Shown here one piece after another: positions 1 through 8,830 of a stretch of DNA of 64,000 bases (its first letter is position 1; each line of letters begins with the position of its first letter). Below the pieces are notes generated by a model. The model was not told the origin of the DNA. It did no database searches and saw only the letters and a list, made by a program, of their open reading frames with translations. Source of the DNA: an uncultured Candidatus Saccharibacteria bacterium (lineage in GTDB: Bacteria; Patescibacteriota; Saccharimonadia; CAILAD01; BJGX01); assembly GCA_964610335.1 (NCBI GenBank), contig CAZSVP010000003.1, positions 77,531 through 141,530 of the forward strand, in the 5' to 3' direction. The translations under genes and the position numbers were made by a program.

Positions 1-91
1 TGAGACAGTTACACTGACCGTAGTACGCCAGGGCAAGACCATTGAGCTGCGAGCTACGCTAGGCGAAGCACCACAAAATATTCAGCAGTAA
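1..91 (+). CDS. 3' end of upstream CDS (last 29 codons, '...ETVTLTVVRQGKTIELRATLGEAPQNIQQ*'); resembles the C-terminal PDZ region of an HtrA/Ctp-type protease
   Basis: In-frame translation of frame 2 ends at TAA 89-91; the start lies outside the window. Confidence 0.3.
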   Translation, partial: ETVTLTVVRQGKTIELRATLGEAPQNIQQ

Positions 92-96
92 AATAC

Positions 97-126
97 TTGC
101 AATTGATTAATATTGTTGTGTATAGT
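97..126 (+). promoter_or_regulatory. sigma70-like promoter TTGCAA-N18-TATAGT upstream of the first paralog
   Basis: TTGCAA at 97-102, TATAGT at 121-126, in an AT-rich intergenic region. Confidence 0.4.
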
Positions 127-164
127 AAGCACAACAACTATTTAAGTAGGATTAATAACAGAAT

Positions 165-785
165 ATGCCAAACAAAACAAATACTTCACGCGCCCGAGTT
201 GGGAAACAATCCAACAAGGGTGGTTTTAAATTCCGCTGGTGGATGGCCGCTGGCCTCGTAATAGTCGTCGCGTTGGTAGGTGTGCTGGTGTTAAGGTATA
301 GTAAAGCCGCTGGAGGCACTGTTGCTCAGTTTGGTGGCTCCAATTGTACCCGGGTCAACTTAACCCATGTTTATCCCAAGGGTGCCAATGTCACAAACAA
401 TGTTTGTATGGGAACAGTGGATTTTGAAGAGTCGTTTACTTATGATACCAGCATTTCGACTGGCCGGCCTGCTACATACTGTGTTTGGGGAAGAATTTAC
501 ACTAAGAACCCAAGTGACATCATGGGCTTAAGTCTTACTGCATGGGGTACAAATCTTAGGGGACGTTCTGATAGTCAGGTAGTTGATCATACGGGTAACT
601 CTGGTGTAACAGGTTACGGAACTAATTTTACGGCCAATCCAGGAGGCAATATTAAGTTAGCATGTGTTTATGCTACTACTCCAGGTGTAAGTAGATTACA
701 ACTAAATGCCATAGCACTAGGTTCCAACCATTCCACACATTCGAGTGGGTTGGTTTTTATGGACCAAATCACAGTAGAATATTAA
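165..785 (+). CDS. Paralog 1 of a tandem family: Lys-rich N-terminus, conserved 'GGFKFRWWMA' plus TM anchor, Cys-containing extracytoplasmic C-domain
   Basis: ORF with AGGA RBS; N-terminal 45 aa and the 26-nt DNA motif 'ggtttyaaattycgctggtggatgg' are shared with the ORFs at 832 and 1297; shares a C-terminal 'ATYCxWGR' motif with paralog 3. Confidence 0.7.
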   Translation: MPNKTNTSRARVGKQSNKGGFKFRWWMAAGLVIVVALVGVLVLRYSKAAGGTVAQFGGSNCTRVNLTHVYPKGANVTNNVCMGTVDFEESFTYDTSISTGRPATYCVWGRIYTKNPSDIMGLSLTAWGTNLRGRSDSQVVDHTGNSGVTGYGTNFTANPGGNIKLACVYATTPGVSRLQLNAIALGSNHSTHSSGLVFMDQITVEY

Positions 786-831
786 AGTCATAATTGTTGA
801 AGAGTAGAACTAATTGTAAGGAGCAACATAG

Positions 832-1269
832 ATGCCAACCAAATCATCAAAATCTAGAGTCAGTAACACAACTAAGAAATCAGGTTTCAAATTCCGCTGG
901 TGGATGGGGGCGCTACTGGTAGCAGTAGTAGCGGTAATTGGAATTTATGTGATCTACAGTAGCCGAGCCAGCGGTAAGCTTTATGTGGGAACGGTCACAT
1001 ATGTCAATCGCGGCCAAGGTGCTCTGACTGTGAATATCAATGGCATGGGGCCAGTGAGCTTTGTTCAATATCCAGGTAATGTACTTAATGGTAGCGTGCC
1101 CGGCTGGAGTCAAAACTATCTGGGTTGGTGCGCGGCCGTCAATCGCGGCAGTGCTAAGAATAGTGGATCAAGCATTTATGATGTCCAGACTGGTGACAAA
1201 GTATTTGTAAGTGTGTTTGATGGTAAAGATGCCAACAGCTGTTATGGTGAAGGTGCCACACTCAACTAG
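832..1269 (+). CDS. Paralog 2 of the tandem family (shorter C-domain)
   Basis: AAGGAG RBS; N-terminus 'MPTKSSKSRVSNTTKKSGFKFRWWMG' plus TM. Confidence 0.7.
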   Translation: MPTKSSKSRVSNTTKKSGFKFRWWMGALLVAVVAVIGIYVIYSSRASGKLYVGTVTYVNRGQGALTVNINGMGPVSFVQYPGNVLNGSVPGWSQNYLGWCAAVNRGSAKNSGSSIYDVQTGDKVFVSVFDGKDANSCYGEGATLN

Positions 1270-1296
1270 AAATAACAATAAAACGAAAGAAATAAT

Positions 1297-1899
1297 ATGC
1301 CAACCAAAACTACCAAGTCACGCACTAGTAAAACATCTACTAAAAAGTCTGGTTTCAAATTTCGCTGGTGGATGGGCTTAGGTTTGGTCGTATTGGTCGC
1401 ACTCATCGGTGTGCTAGTAGTGCGATTTAGCCACGCTGGTGCAGTAGTACTGGCCAATCCAGCAGGTTGCCCAAGAGTCACTCTTACGCAGGCACATAGC
1501 AAGGGTGCAGCTACATCGGGTCTTGCTTGTCTGCAGGTAAATCGTATTAATTACGTTCAAGATGTCAATATCAGTCCGGGTGGTGTTGCGACCTATTGTG
1601 CCTGGGGCAGATATTATGGCGATGCCTATGTCAAACTCGGGGTAGCTGGTCCGGGTGTTCCTTATACCAATGGGCCACATAGTGGATGGGAGCATCATGC
1701 AGCATCAGATGCCAAAGTGACCGGCTACGGAGCTCAGTGGAATAGTACTCCAAATAACGCAGCGCCAGGTGGCGGTAGCCAATTACTGGCCTGTGTGCGA
1801 GCAAACTCTACTAATGTTAGGCAGATTGACTATGAAGTAAACACTGCTACTAATAGTTTAGTCCTGTGGGATTACATCACAGTTAGTGATATTCAGTAG
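1297..1899 (+). CDS. Paralog 3 of the tandem family
   Basis: N-terminus 'MPTKTTKSRTSKTSTKKSGFKFRWWMG' plus TM; C-terminal motifs 'TYCAWGR' and 'WDYITVSDIQ' parallel paralog 1. Confidence 0.7.
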   Translation: MPTKTTKSRTSKTSTKKSGFKFRWWMGLGLVVLVALIGVLVVRFSHAGAVVLANPAGCPRVTLTQAHSKGAATSGLACLQVNRINYVQDVNISPGGVATYCAWGRYYGDAYVKLGVAGPGVPYTNGPHSGWEHHAASDAKVTGYGAQWNSTPNNAAPGGGSQLLACVRANSTNVRQIDYEVNTATNSLVLWDYITVSDIQ

Positions 1900-1901
1900 C
1901 C

Positions 1902-2762
1902 CTAACCAGAAAAACCCAGTATCAAATATTCTTCTAAGATAGGTTTGAGACCAGCGGCTCTTGCCAGCTTAGTAAGCATCTCATGTTGCCATGGGTCGGA
2001 TTCGTGGTAGACACGGCTACCTGGCTTGATATGCGTGGGTAAATCTCGATAAAAGCGTCGATAAAGATCGAGCCCATCACCAGGGCCACCAAATAGGGCA
2101 ATGGATGGTTCTTTCTGAACTTCTGGTTTCATACGCGGTTTGTAATCTTCGCTGACGTAGGGGAGATTGGTTACTACTGTTTCGAATTTGTCATCTATGC
2201 CTTCCCAGATATCGGCTTCAATAAAGTTGATCTTAGGATCTTTACCTAGTATGTCCTCGGCATTAAGCCTAGCTACATCAATGGCTTCAGGTGATACTTC
2301 AGTGGCTGTAATCTGCAGGTCAGGCCGGTGCTTGGCAATAGCTATAGCAATCGCCCCAGATCCAGTACCAATGTCTATTAGATTAGACCTTTGTGGTGCT
2401 TCCTTGATAGCCTGTTCAGCAACTAGCTCAGTTTCTACCCGGGGTGAAAGCACGCGGTTATCGACATAAAACTCAATTCCGTAAAACTCCAGTTTGTTGG
2501 TAATGTAGCAGACTGGCTCCCGATCCAATCTGCGCTGCAAATACCCCTCAAACTGCTTACGCTGCGCTGTGGTGAGCTTTTGATCGTCATGGGCCAATAA
2601 GTACGACTTATCCACACCCAACACATCACAGAGCAATAATTTGGCATCGAGTTGCCAGCTAGGTATATCGGCAGCCTTGAGCCGCTTTTGAGCAACTTCC
2701 AAAGTCGTTTTAATAGGTGCATCAACTATTGGCTTCGAGGGCTTTTTGGATGTCGGCTTCAT
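1902..2762 (-). CDS. prmC: Release-factor glutamine N5-methyltransferase (PrmC/HemK)
   Basis: SAM-binding '[13 protein letters not shown]' and 'NLPYV' (NPPY-like) motifs; overlaps and sits downstream of prfA, which is the classic arrangement. Confidence 0.8.
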   Translation of the reverse strand: MKPTSKKPSKPIVDAPIKTTLEVAQKRLKAADIPSWQLDAKLLLCDVLGVDKSYLLAHDDQKLTTAQRKQFEGYLQRRLDREPVCYITNKLEFYGIEFYVDNRVLSPRVETELVAEQAIKEAPQRSNLIDIGTGSGAIAIAIAKHRPDLQITATEVSPEAIDVARLNAEDILGKDPKINFIEADIWEGIDDKFETVVTNLPYVSEDYKPRMKPEVQKEPSIALFGGPGDGLDLYRRFYRDLPTHIKPGSRVYHESDPWQHEMLTKLARAAGLKPILEEYLILGFSG

Positions 2763-3783
2763 GAAGTTTCTCTATTAGTTCAGATATATCACCATCCATC
2801 ACCTTAGGTAGGTTGTGGGTGGTGTAGCCAATGCGGTGGTCGGTAATCCGATCTTGAGGGTAGTTGTAGGTGCGGATCTTCTCACTGCGATCACCTGTAC
2901 CGATCTGACTTCGGCGAGCATCGCCTAGCTTCTTGGCTTCCTCTTCTTGCTGCTGAGCAAGCAAGCGGCTACGTAGCACACTCATGGCTTTGATCTTGTT
3001 TTTGAGCTGTGATTTCTCATCTTGGCAAGTGACGACTATGCCTGTGGGTATATGAGTAAGCCGCACAGCGCTATCAGTGGTATTAACACTCTGGCCACCA
3101 TTGCCGGAGCTACGATACACGTCGACCCGAAGATCATTGGGGCTTATTTCAATATCGTTTTCTTCGGCCTCAGGTAGTACTGCAACCGTGGCCGTACTGG
3201 TGTGAATTCGGCCGGCACTCTCGGTGGTAGGCACACGTTGTACACGGTGTACGCCGCTCTCATACTTGAGCGTGCCGTAGGCTTGATCGCCCGACACCTC
3301 AAATATTACCTCTTTGTAGCCACCTTCGGGGTTGGGGCTTTCGCTCAGCATTTGAGCCTTCAAATCGTGACGCTCACAGAAACGTACGTACATGCGCAAC
3401 AGATCACCGGCAAAGATTGAGCTTTCATCACCGCCAGCACCGGCTCGGATCTCAATAATGGCATTTTTGCGGTCATTGGGATCGGTTGGAATTAGTGCCA
3501 CTTGGATCTGTGATTCTAGCTTGGCCAATCTGGCTTCCAACTCGGGCACTTCCGCTTCGGCGAGCTCGCGCATCTCAGGGTCATTGAGCAAGGATTGGGC
3601 TTCTTTGAGCTGCTGCTGGCTTGATTGATAACGTTCAAACAGTTCCAGTTTGGATTGAAGCTCATGAGCTTGAGCACTCAAGCCCCCAGCTCGACCTGAT
3701 TTAAAGATTTCAGGATCTCTTAACTCAGCATTGATAGATTCAAGCTGTTGAGAGGTTTCCTTGATTTTGTCTGATATATCCAT
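2722..3783 (-). CDS. prfA: Peptide chain release factor 1
   Basis: GGQ motif '[23 protein letters not shown]' and PxT-type 'RVPTTES'; start refined to ATG at 3783 ('MDISDKIKE', the ORF-track start was TTG). Confidence 0.9.
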   Translation of the reverse strand: MDISDKIKETSQQLESINAELRDPEIFKSGRAGGLSAQAHELQSKLELFERYQSSQQQLKEAQSLLNDPEMRELAEAEVPELEARLAKLESQIQVALIPTDPNDRKNAIIEIRAGAGGDESSIFAGDLLRMYVRFCERHDLKAQMLSESPNPEGGYKEVIFEVSGDQAYGTLKYESGVHRVQRVPTTESAGRIHTSTATVAVLPEAEENDIEISPNDLRVDVYRSSGNGGQSVNTTDSAVRLTHIPTGIVVTCQDEKSQLKNKIKAMSVLRSRLLAQQQEEEAKKLGDARRSQIGTGDRSEKIRTYNYPQDRITDHRIGYTTHNLPKVMDGDISELIEKLHEADIQKALEANS

Positions 3784-3857
3784 AAGTGTAAGATTTAATA
3801 GTAGTATACAACACAAAACGAGCCAGGATATGGCTCGCTTAAGATAGGTCTAATTAG

Positions 3858-4211
3858 TTAAGATTCGGCTTTGTCAGCAGAGTCTTTGGCGGGTTTGTCG
3901 ACAGTATTGCCAGCTAGTTCGGCTTTCACAGCCTTAAGATCGGCCTTAACATCTGTAGTTTCAGCTTTGGAGCGCTCTTTCTTGGCTTTGGTGGGCTTAC
4001 CAACAGCCTTAGCGGCTTCTTGCTTGGCTCGGAAGCGATCTACACGACCAGCGGTATCCACTAGTTTTTGCTTACCGGTGTAGAAGGGATGACAATTACT
4101 ACAAATTTCTACCTCGATCTTATCTACTGTAGAGCGCGTATCAAAAGCGTTGCCGCAGCCATTACAGATGACCTTGGTATCTTTGAGTTCTGGGTGAATG
4201 CCGGTTTTCAT
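3858..4211 (-). CDS. rpmE: 50S ribosomal protein L31 with a Lys/Ala-rich C-terminal extension
   Basis: 'MKTGIHPE...CNGCGN...[13 protein letters not shown]' zinc-ribbon L31 signature; the extension makes it 117 aa versus the usual ~70. Confidence 0.8.
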   Translation of the reverse strand: MKTGIHPELKDTKVICNGCGNAFDTRSTVDKIEVEICSNCHPFYTGKQKLVDTAGRVDRFRAKQEAAKAVGKPTKAKKERSKAETTDVKADLKAVKAELAGNTVDKPAKDSADKAES

Positions 4212-4303
4212 AATCGCTCTATAGTAGCATATCAGATCAGAAATGTCAAAACTGAAACAGCTAGTCTTCCCACAGCTTGTTACTACTATAGATTGCGAAA
4301 AGA

Positions 4304-4720
4304 TTAGGCAGTTTCTTTGCCGATTTTGGCCTTGAGAATTAACTGACGGGTAGTGCCGGCATCGTCTGTTATCTCGGTCTGTTTAGTCTCTTCGTAATAG
4401 CTTACCAAATAGTGGCTGAGTATCTCTTCAAGATCTTTGAGTTTCAGGCGGTAATCATCGACCTCGGCACTGAGCTTTTGGTAATCTTTGTCGCTTAAGA
4501 GTAATTTCTTGGCTTCTGTGCGTTTGGTGGAAAGCTCCTTGATCTCTTCTTGGACGCGCTGGTATTCTTCGTTCTGGGTTAGGGCGTCACGTAGCTGGTC
4601 GCGCATGGTTTTAAGTTTGTCACGAGTTTCGCCAATTTCTGGCAGTAGCCGCTGGATAGCTACTAATGGGCTAGTGTCTTCAGGGGTTTGGTTTTCTTGG
4701 GTTTGATTCATGATAAGCAT
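4304..4720 (-). CDS. Hypothetical coiled-coil protein
   Basis: ORF is charged and helical with no recognisable motif. Confidence 0.45.
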   Translation of the reverse strand: MLIMNQTQENQTPEDTSPLVAIQRLLPEIGETRDKLKTMRDQLRDALTQNEEYQRVQEEIKELSTKRTEAKKLLLSDKDYQKLSAEVDDYRLKLKDLEEILSHYLVSYYEETKQTEITDDAGTTRQLILKAKIGKETA

Positions 4721-4789
4721 TATACAGTTATAATGTAGCTTACCAAAAGACTTGAAATTATATGTGTTTTCCGGTATAATTTGCCGTGT

Positions 4790-5195
4790 TCAAAGATCTT
4801 TTACAGAACTGGAGACGAAAGTGAGACGCTTCACAGCGCCATTCACCAGTGTGGATTTGCCTTGGCCGGGCCCCACTCTCTAGAAAGTCTGTTATCCCTT
4901 CTGCTCTCTGGTGGTACAACCTCCCATCACCGATTGCGGACGGCAGATAGCTTTCGTCTCCATACTCTGCTCATCACAGGTACAACCGTGGCAGCCTGAG
5001 AGCCTCTTCGGCTTTCGCTCCCGCCTACGTCCATGACCACGGACCCTGTGATGAGCACTCTTTCACACTGCCAGCCCACCCGCCAGGTCGGTCCCGAGAC
5101 CACCTCCATCCCGCCGGTCTTGGGACCGCCTGGTGGCGGCTAGCTAAGTGTGATCAGGCCAAACAGCCTCTCGTCTGCAATATGCGGACGGAGGC
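4790..5195. ncRNA. Large structured ncRNA candidate (about 400 nt); possibly RNase P RNA on the minus strand, assignment unresolved
   Basis: GC-rich non-coding block between protein genes; nested long-range helices (ggagacgaaag/ctttcgtctcc, ctcatcacagg/cctgtgatgag, ccgtgg/ccacgg); minus strand reads '...GUGAAAGAGUGC...ACAGGGUCCGUGG...CCACGG...', reminiscent of the RNase P P10-P12 region; only short overlapping ORFs on both strands. Confidence 0.35.
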
Positions 5196-5213
5196 TGTCT
5201 TTGATTGAGGTTA

Positions 5214-5909
5214 TTAAATACGAGCTTGAGCGTTGCGAGCGATCTCTACTACAGTATCTTCATCGTCAGTAATTGTATAAAGACTATGGTCTTCCGGACT
5301 AATCATTTGATGTTCGAGCTGCAAGCTCTTGTGTACGGCTGTATCAATTGTTTCCCAGAACCAAGCGCCAACACACACAATAGGCACTTGGTGAATCTTA
5401 CGTGTTTGTACTAGTGTTAGGATTTCATAAAACTCATCGAGGGTACCAAACCCGCCTGGAAAATATATGTACATGCGAGCCGCAAAAGTCATGGTAACTT
5501 TGCGTGTAAAAAAGTAGTGAAACGGTACTTCTTGGGTAAGGTAGGGATTGTCGGCTTGTTCGTTGGGCAACTCTATATTCAAGCCCACCGAGTGGCCACC
5601 TGCATCATGGGCGCCGCGGTTGGCGGCTTCCATGATACCACTGGCACCACCAGTTACTACCGTATAACCAAGCTCCTTCACCAAGCGGCTAGCTAGGTGA
5701 CGGGCTTTGATGTACTCTGGGTTGTCCTCAGTAACGCGGGTCGAGCCAAAAAATGTTACTTTCTTGGGATAGCGACTGATAATGTTGAGACCCTGCTTGA
5801 TCTCTTCGTTGATTATGCAGACTCGTTGTGAGTTAGGGTCATCAGTACGATCGTCGCAGCTTTCACGTACGTCTTTGACAGAGCTGGGGTTGAATTGGTC
5901 CATAAACAT
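5214..5909 (-). CDS. LOG-family (TIGR00730) Rossmann-fold nucleotide-binding protein
   Basis: 'TGGASGIMEAANRGA' and 'PGGFGTLDEFYE' motifs. Confidence 0.75.
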   Translation of the reverse strand: MFMDQFNPSSVKDVRESCDDRTDDPNSQRVCIINEEIKQGLNIISRYPKKVTFFGSTRVTEDNPEYIKARHLASRLVKELGYTVVTGGASGIMEAANRGAHDAGGHSVGLNIELPNEQADNPYLTQEVPFHYFFTRKVTMTFAARMYIYFPGGFGTLDEFYEILTLVQTRKIHQVPIVCVGAWFWETIDTAVHKSLQLEHQMISPEDHSLYTITDDEDTVVEIARNAQARI

Positions 5910-6111
5910 AAGTATAAAGTGATTATGCTCAAGTTGAAAGGCTGTAGGGCCAACTTTAGGCTGTACACCATATGTGGTGTATGGATAGTAGGGAGACTCT
6001 ACAGATAGTGTATTAATTTACAAAAATTGTCATGCTAAATACCTTTACAAGCATGAGCGGCAAGCGTACGATAGTACTTAAGCATTAACAAAACAAATAG
6101 GAGGGTGAGAT

Positions 6112-6219
6112 ATGCCAGAGAAAACACAGCACAATGCTATCTCAGATGATTCTTGGGATAAGCCAATGGTGTGCCCAATAGATCCGGAAGAACTGAAAGA
6201 GTGTGAAGTCTGCCAATAA
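6112..6219 (+). CDS. Small ORF (35 aa, acidic, 3 Cys: 'MPEKTQHNAISDDSWDKPMVCPIDPEELKECEVCQ')
   Basis: Strong SD 'AGGAGGGTGA' 6 nt upstream of the ATG; followed 20 nt later by a canonical intrinsic terminator; possible promoter TTTACA-N17-TACGAT upstream. Confidence 0.4.
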   Translation: MPEKTQHNAISDDSWDKPMVCPIDPEELKECEVCQ

Positions 6220-6237
6220 GCATTGATTATGACGACT

Positions 6238-6266
6238 AAAACCCCCGCGCAAGGCGGGGTTTTTTG
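6238..6266. terminator. Bidirectional rho-independent terminator (AAAA-stem-TTTTTT)
   Basis: 'aaaacccccgcgcaaggcggggttttttg': 6-bp GC stem, 5-nt loop, flanked by an A-run and a T-run. Confidence 0.7.
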
Positions 6267-6339
6267 ATAGGCTTTTACCGAGTGTAAACCGACCAAAGAG
6301 TTCAATATACAATTAAGCGCTTTGGTTGGGCCGGCGCCC

Positions 6340-6708
6340 TCACACAGTGGTGAGAGCGCTGGCGGAAGCGGATGGTGTGGGGGAACGGCGACGAAGCCTG
6401 GGAACGGCTTTGATCATCTCGATCTCTGCTGTTGGATCGAGCTTGTTCAGCTCGAGCTCATACCAGCCTCGCTGACGTTCGCCAGCGACTGCTGAGCTTC
6501 GGGTACGAAGGCGCAACTGCACTGTGTGTTCGTCTCCCAAGTAGCAGTTCATGACCTTGATAACCTCGAAATGGCTCAACGCCCACAAGTAGGCTGAGGG
6601 CAGCATTTCGATCCCCCAAGCGGTCAACTGACGGCCTTCGATAGCTACCATGTCGCCGCTGCGCAACTCGCCCACCGCAGTGGGACGAAGAAACGACTTT
6701 TTGTACAA
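6340..6708 (-). CDS. Hypothetical protein (GC-elevated), TTG start with AGGAGG RBS
   Basis: RC shows 'TAGGAGGATAAG-TTG'; no recognisable domain. Confidence 0.45.
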   Translation of the reverse strand: MYKKSFLRPTAVGELRSGDMVAIEGRQLTAWGIEMLPSAYLWALSHFEVIKVMNCYLGDEHTVQLRLRTRSSAVAGERQRGWYELELNKLDPTAEIEMIKAVPRLRRRSPTPSASASALTTV

Positions 6709-6888
6709 CTTATCCTCCTAGAAGCTCTTCGGGTGAATACAAAGTTATCAAACTTCCAGTGCTTTTGCAAGCACCCTGAGATCTTCTTAATATTTGCCTT
6801 GTGAACAGACGACCCGTCCCGGAGTTAACCAGAACGGGTGAGACTGTTCGCAAGCTAGTCAGACAAGCTGACTAGGTTTGCGAGGTGA

Positions 6889-7485
6889 TTACCACCAACG
6901 GTGTGAAATCCAGAAGGCGTAAGCACCAGCCCATGAGCCGTAACGACGGACAGCGTAACTGGTAAAGTACGCATCCTCACAGGCATAGTCAAGCGTAGGA
7001 CATACGGCCAAAAGCTTCGATCCGGGACAAGCTTGACCAAGTCCGAGACAACCTGCACTATTGGCACGGGTTGGGTTGTTACCCGACTCGTGTTGGTAAA
7101 TGTACAACTTATACTCAGCGTCACTACCAGTCAATGCCGGAGCGGGCGATGTACTGACACGGGCTTGCGCCTGGGCAGTAGCAGCCTGCTTGGCAGCAGT
7201 AGCGGCTTCGGCAGCCTTTTGGGCAGCTTCAGCATCAGCTTGCGCCTTGGCAGCCTGAGTGGCTCGTAGCTTGGTTAAAACTTCTTGGTCGAAGCTACCG
7301 CGCTTAGAGACAACATCAAGGGCGCTGTCGGCCTGCATGTTTATTTTGATGTCATAGTTTGATTGTGTGGCACCAGCTGCTTCAGCGGGCTGGGCAGTTA
7401 GTTTGGCGAGTTGGGGAGCCACAGGAGCGATCGCCTGGTTCACTAAGGCTATTACAGCCACAAGTGTCATATAGAGGTTACGCAT
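6889..7485 (-). CDS. Secreted transglycosylase-like protein (IsaA/SceD/Rpf-like 'ESGGN...SG..G..Q' fold) with an Ala-rich linker
   Basis: Signal peptide 'MRNLYMTLVAVIALVNQAIA'; C-terminal 'YIYQHESGNNPTRANSAGCLGLGQA' matches the (I)xxRESGGNxxAxNxSGAxGxxQ pattern. Confidence 0.5.
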   Translation of the reverse strand: MRNLYMTLVAVIALVNQAIAPVAPQLAKLTAQPAEAAGATQSNYDIKINMQADSALDVVSKRGSFDQEVLTKLRATQAAKAQADAEAAQKAAEAATAAKQAATAQAQARVSTSPAPALTGSDAEYKLYIYQHESGNNPTRANSAGCLGLGQACPGSKLLAVCPTLDYACEDAYFTSYAVRRYGSWAGAYAFWISHRWW

Positions 7486-7832
7486 GGAATGTGTTTTATA
7501 ATTCCGCCCGAACCTTTGTACTAGTTAAAGTTCTTTAGAAGAAGTAGCTCGACCTGAGCCGTACTTCTTGTGTTAATCGCTCTTACTAAATAAGGACCAT
7601 TACTTAGTAACGGTCCGAATTCGAAGAACGACGCATACTATACCAAACATAAGCGTATTTGTCAATAGTAATTATGCAAAAAATGCTATTCTACAGATGG
7701 TATCAGGTATACCTGTATTGCTTGACGAGGCTATGATAATGTCAAATTCTTACTAATACTTATGCTCGCATTACTGTTATCAGATATGGTATAGTTGGCG
7801 CCAGATCGTTGACAAGCCCTAGGGGGGGGACA

Positions 7833-8174
7833 ATGAGTGATCAAAACTGCTTGCCTGGGTGGGTGACCGAGCGGCGTCTTGAATCGCTGCAGGGACTGCG
7901 ACTCTGGTACACCATGCAAATGCTGGTGACAATTCCACTGTTGCTGGCAACCACGGCAATCCTGGTACGGATAGGTCAGACCAGTGACACCATGTTCTTG
8001 GTGGTGTTGTTGGCCAGTTCCATCTGGTTTGCGTACTGTCAACATCGGTTGTGGCTGTTCCGACCACTTGGGCCGGCAGCTCGTGAGTACAACAGGTGGC
8101 AGTGCTATTGCATCAAGAATCAATGCTACCTCACGCCAGATCAATGGCGCGAGAGCAGGAGGAGTTATGTCTGA
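7833..8174 (+). CDS. Small membrane protein (2 TM), N-terminus 'MSDQ...'
   Basis: GGGGGG RBS; translationally coupled to the next gene through ATGTCTGA. Confidence 0.5.
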   Translation: MSDQNCLPGWVTERRLESLQGLRLWYTMQMLVTIPLLLATTAILVRIGQTSDTMFLVVLLASSIWFAYCQHRLWLFRPLGPAAREYNRWQCYCIKNQCYLTPDQWRESRRSYV

Positions 8175-8454
8175 TTGGCGTACTGGAGAGTGGCTGTGGG
8201 CCGCCCTGGGACTCATCTGTTTGCTATCTGGAGTGGCGCTCTACATCTGGGAGTTTAGCCGCGGTTGGACTCCGATTCGAATCATTCGCGAGTATCGCTA
8301 CGAGTGGCGTTGCTCCAAGACTGAAGGACGAGCTCGTCACACCAGTTACGAATGGGGAGCGAGGCTGGGCCTGGCCAACGTTCTCTGGTTCGTTGCAGCA
8401 ATTGCAGTCTTCAACATTCTGCGGTGGGACATCGCGATTCCACCCTGGCAATAA
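8167..8454 (+). CDS. Small membrane protein (2 TM), N-terminus 'MSDW...'
   Basis: ATG overlaps the upstream TGA; hydrophobic helices. Confidence 0.5.
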   Translation: MSDWRTGEWLWAALGLICLLSGVALYIWEFSRGWTPIRIIREYRYEWRCSKTEGRARHTSYEWGARLGLANVLWFVAAIAVFNILRWDIAIPPWQ

Positions 8455-8462
8455 GGAGCGAC

Positions 8463-8723
8463 ATGACAGATCAGATGAGTTTTACCCAGGTGAGAGATGA
8501 GTTGCTCAATGTGGTAGCACAGGCCAGTGATCTGGTGGAGAAGCAGCTGGAAGCCGGTCGACTGAGTGGCGACACAGCCGAAGCGATCCGAGGAGAGCTC
8601 CAGGTGATTCGCAATCGCCTTAGCTGGGTTCAACCGAGCGACAACGAGCAGCTTGATCGGCTCAGCATGTCAGTGCTGATCGCCACCATTCACGCTTGCT
8701 TCCCGGGCGTCTTCGACGACTGA
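8463..8723 (+). CDS. Small cytoplasmic hypothetical protein (86 aa)
   Basis: AGGAG RBS 6 nt upstream; same operon as the two preceding genes. Confidence 0.5.
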   Translation: MTDQMSFTQVRDELLNVVAQASDLVEKQLEAGRLSGDTAEAIRGELQVIRNRLSWVQPSDNEQLDRLSMSVLIATIHACFPGVFDD

Positions 8724-8782
8724 CGAAGCCCTGACCTTTGGCAGCTGTTTCTGGATTATATCTGGAGACGCGGTAAAACTGC

Positions 8783-8826
8783 CTCAACCAAAGTGATCAA
8801 AAAAGAGTTTGATAGTTTTGGTTGAG
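8783..8826. terminator. Long hairpin (10-bp arms 'ctcaaccaaa'/'tttggttgag') between convergent genes; terminator candidate without a clear U-tract
   Basis: Inverted repeat seen in the sequence. Confidence 0.3.
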
Positions 8827-8830
8827 TAGA

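Noticed and set aside
2167-3628. Several 70-100-aa ORFs antisense to or frame-shifted within prmC and prfA
   Set aside because: They are embedded in strongly supported release-factor and methyltransferase genes.
4781-5109. ORFs 4781-4999 (+) and 4927-5109 (-) inside the GC-rich block
   Set aside because: They overlap each other on opposite strands within a region dominated by long-range RNA helices, have no RBS and give implausible peptides. The block is better explained as a structured RNA.
8270-8290. 'ccgattcgaatcatt' resembling a tRNA T-loop
   Set aside because: No flanking acceptor or anticodon stems; it lies inside the coding sequence of the small membrane protein at 8167-8454.
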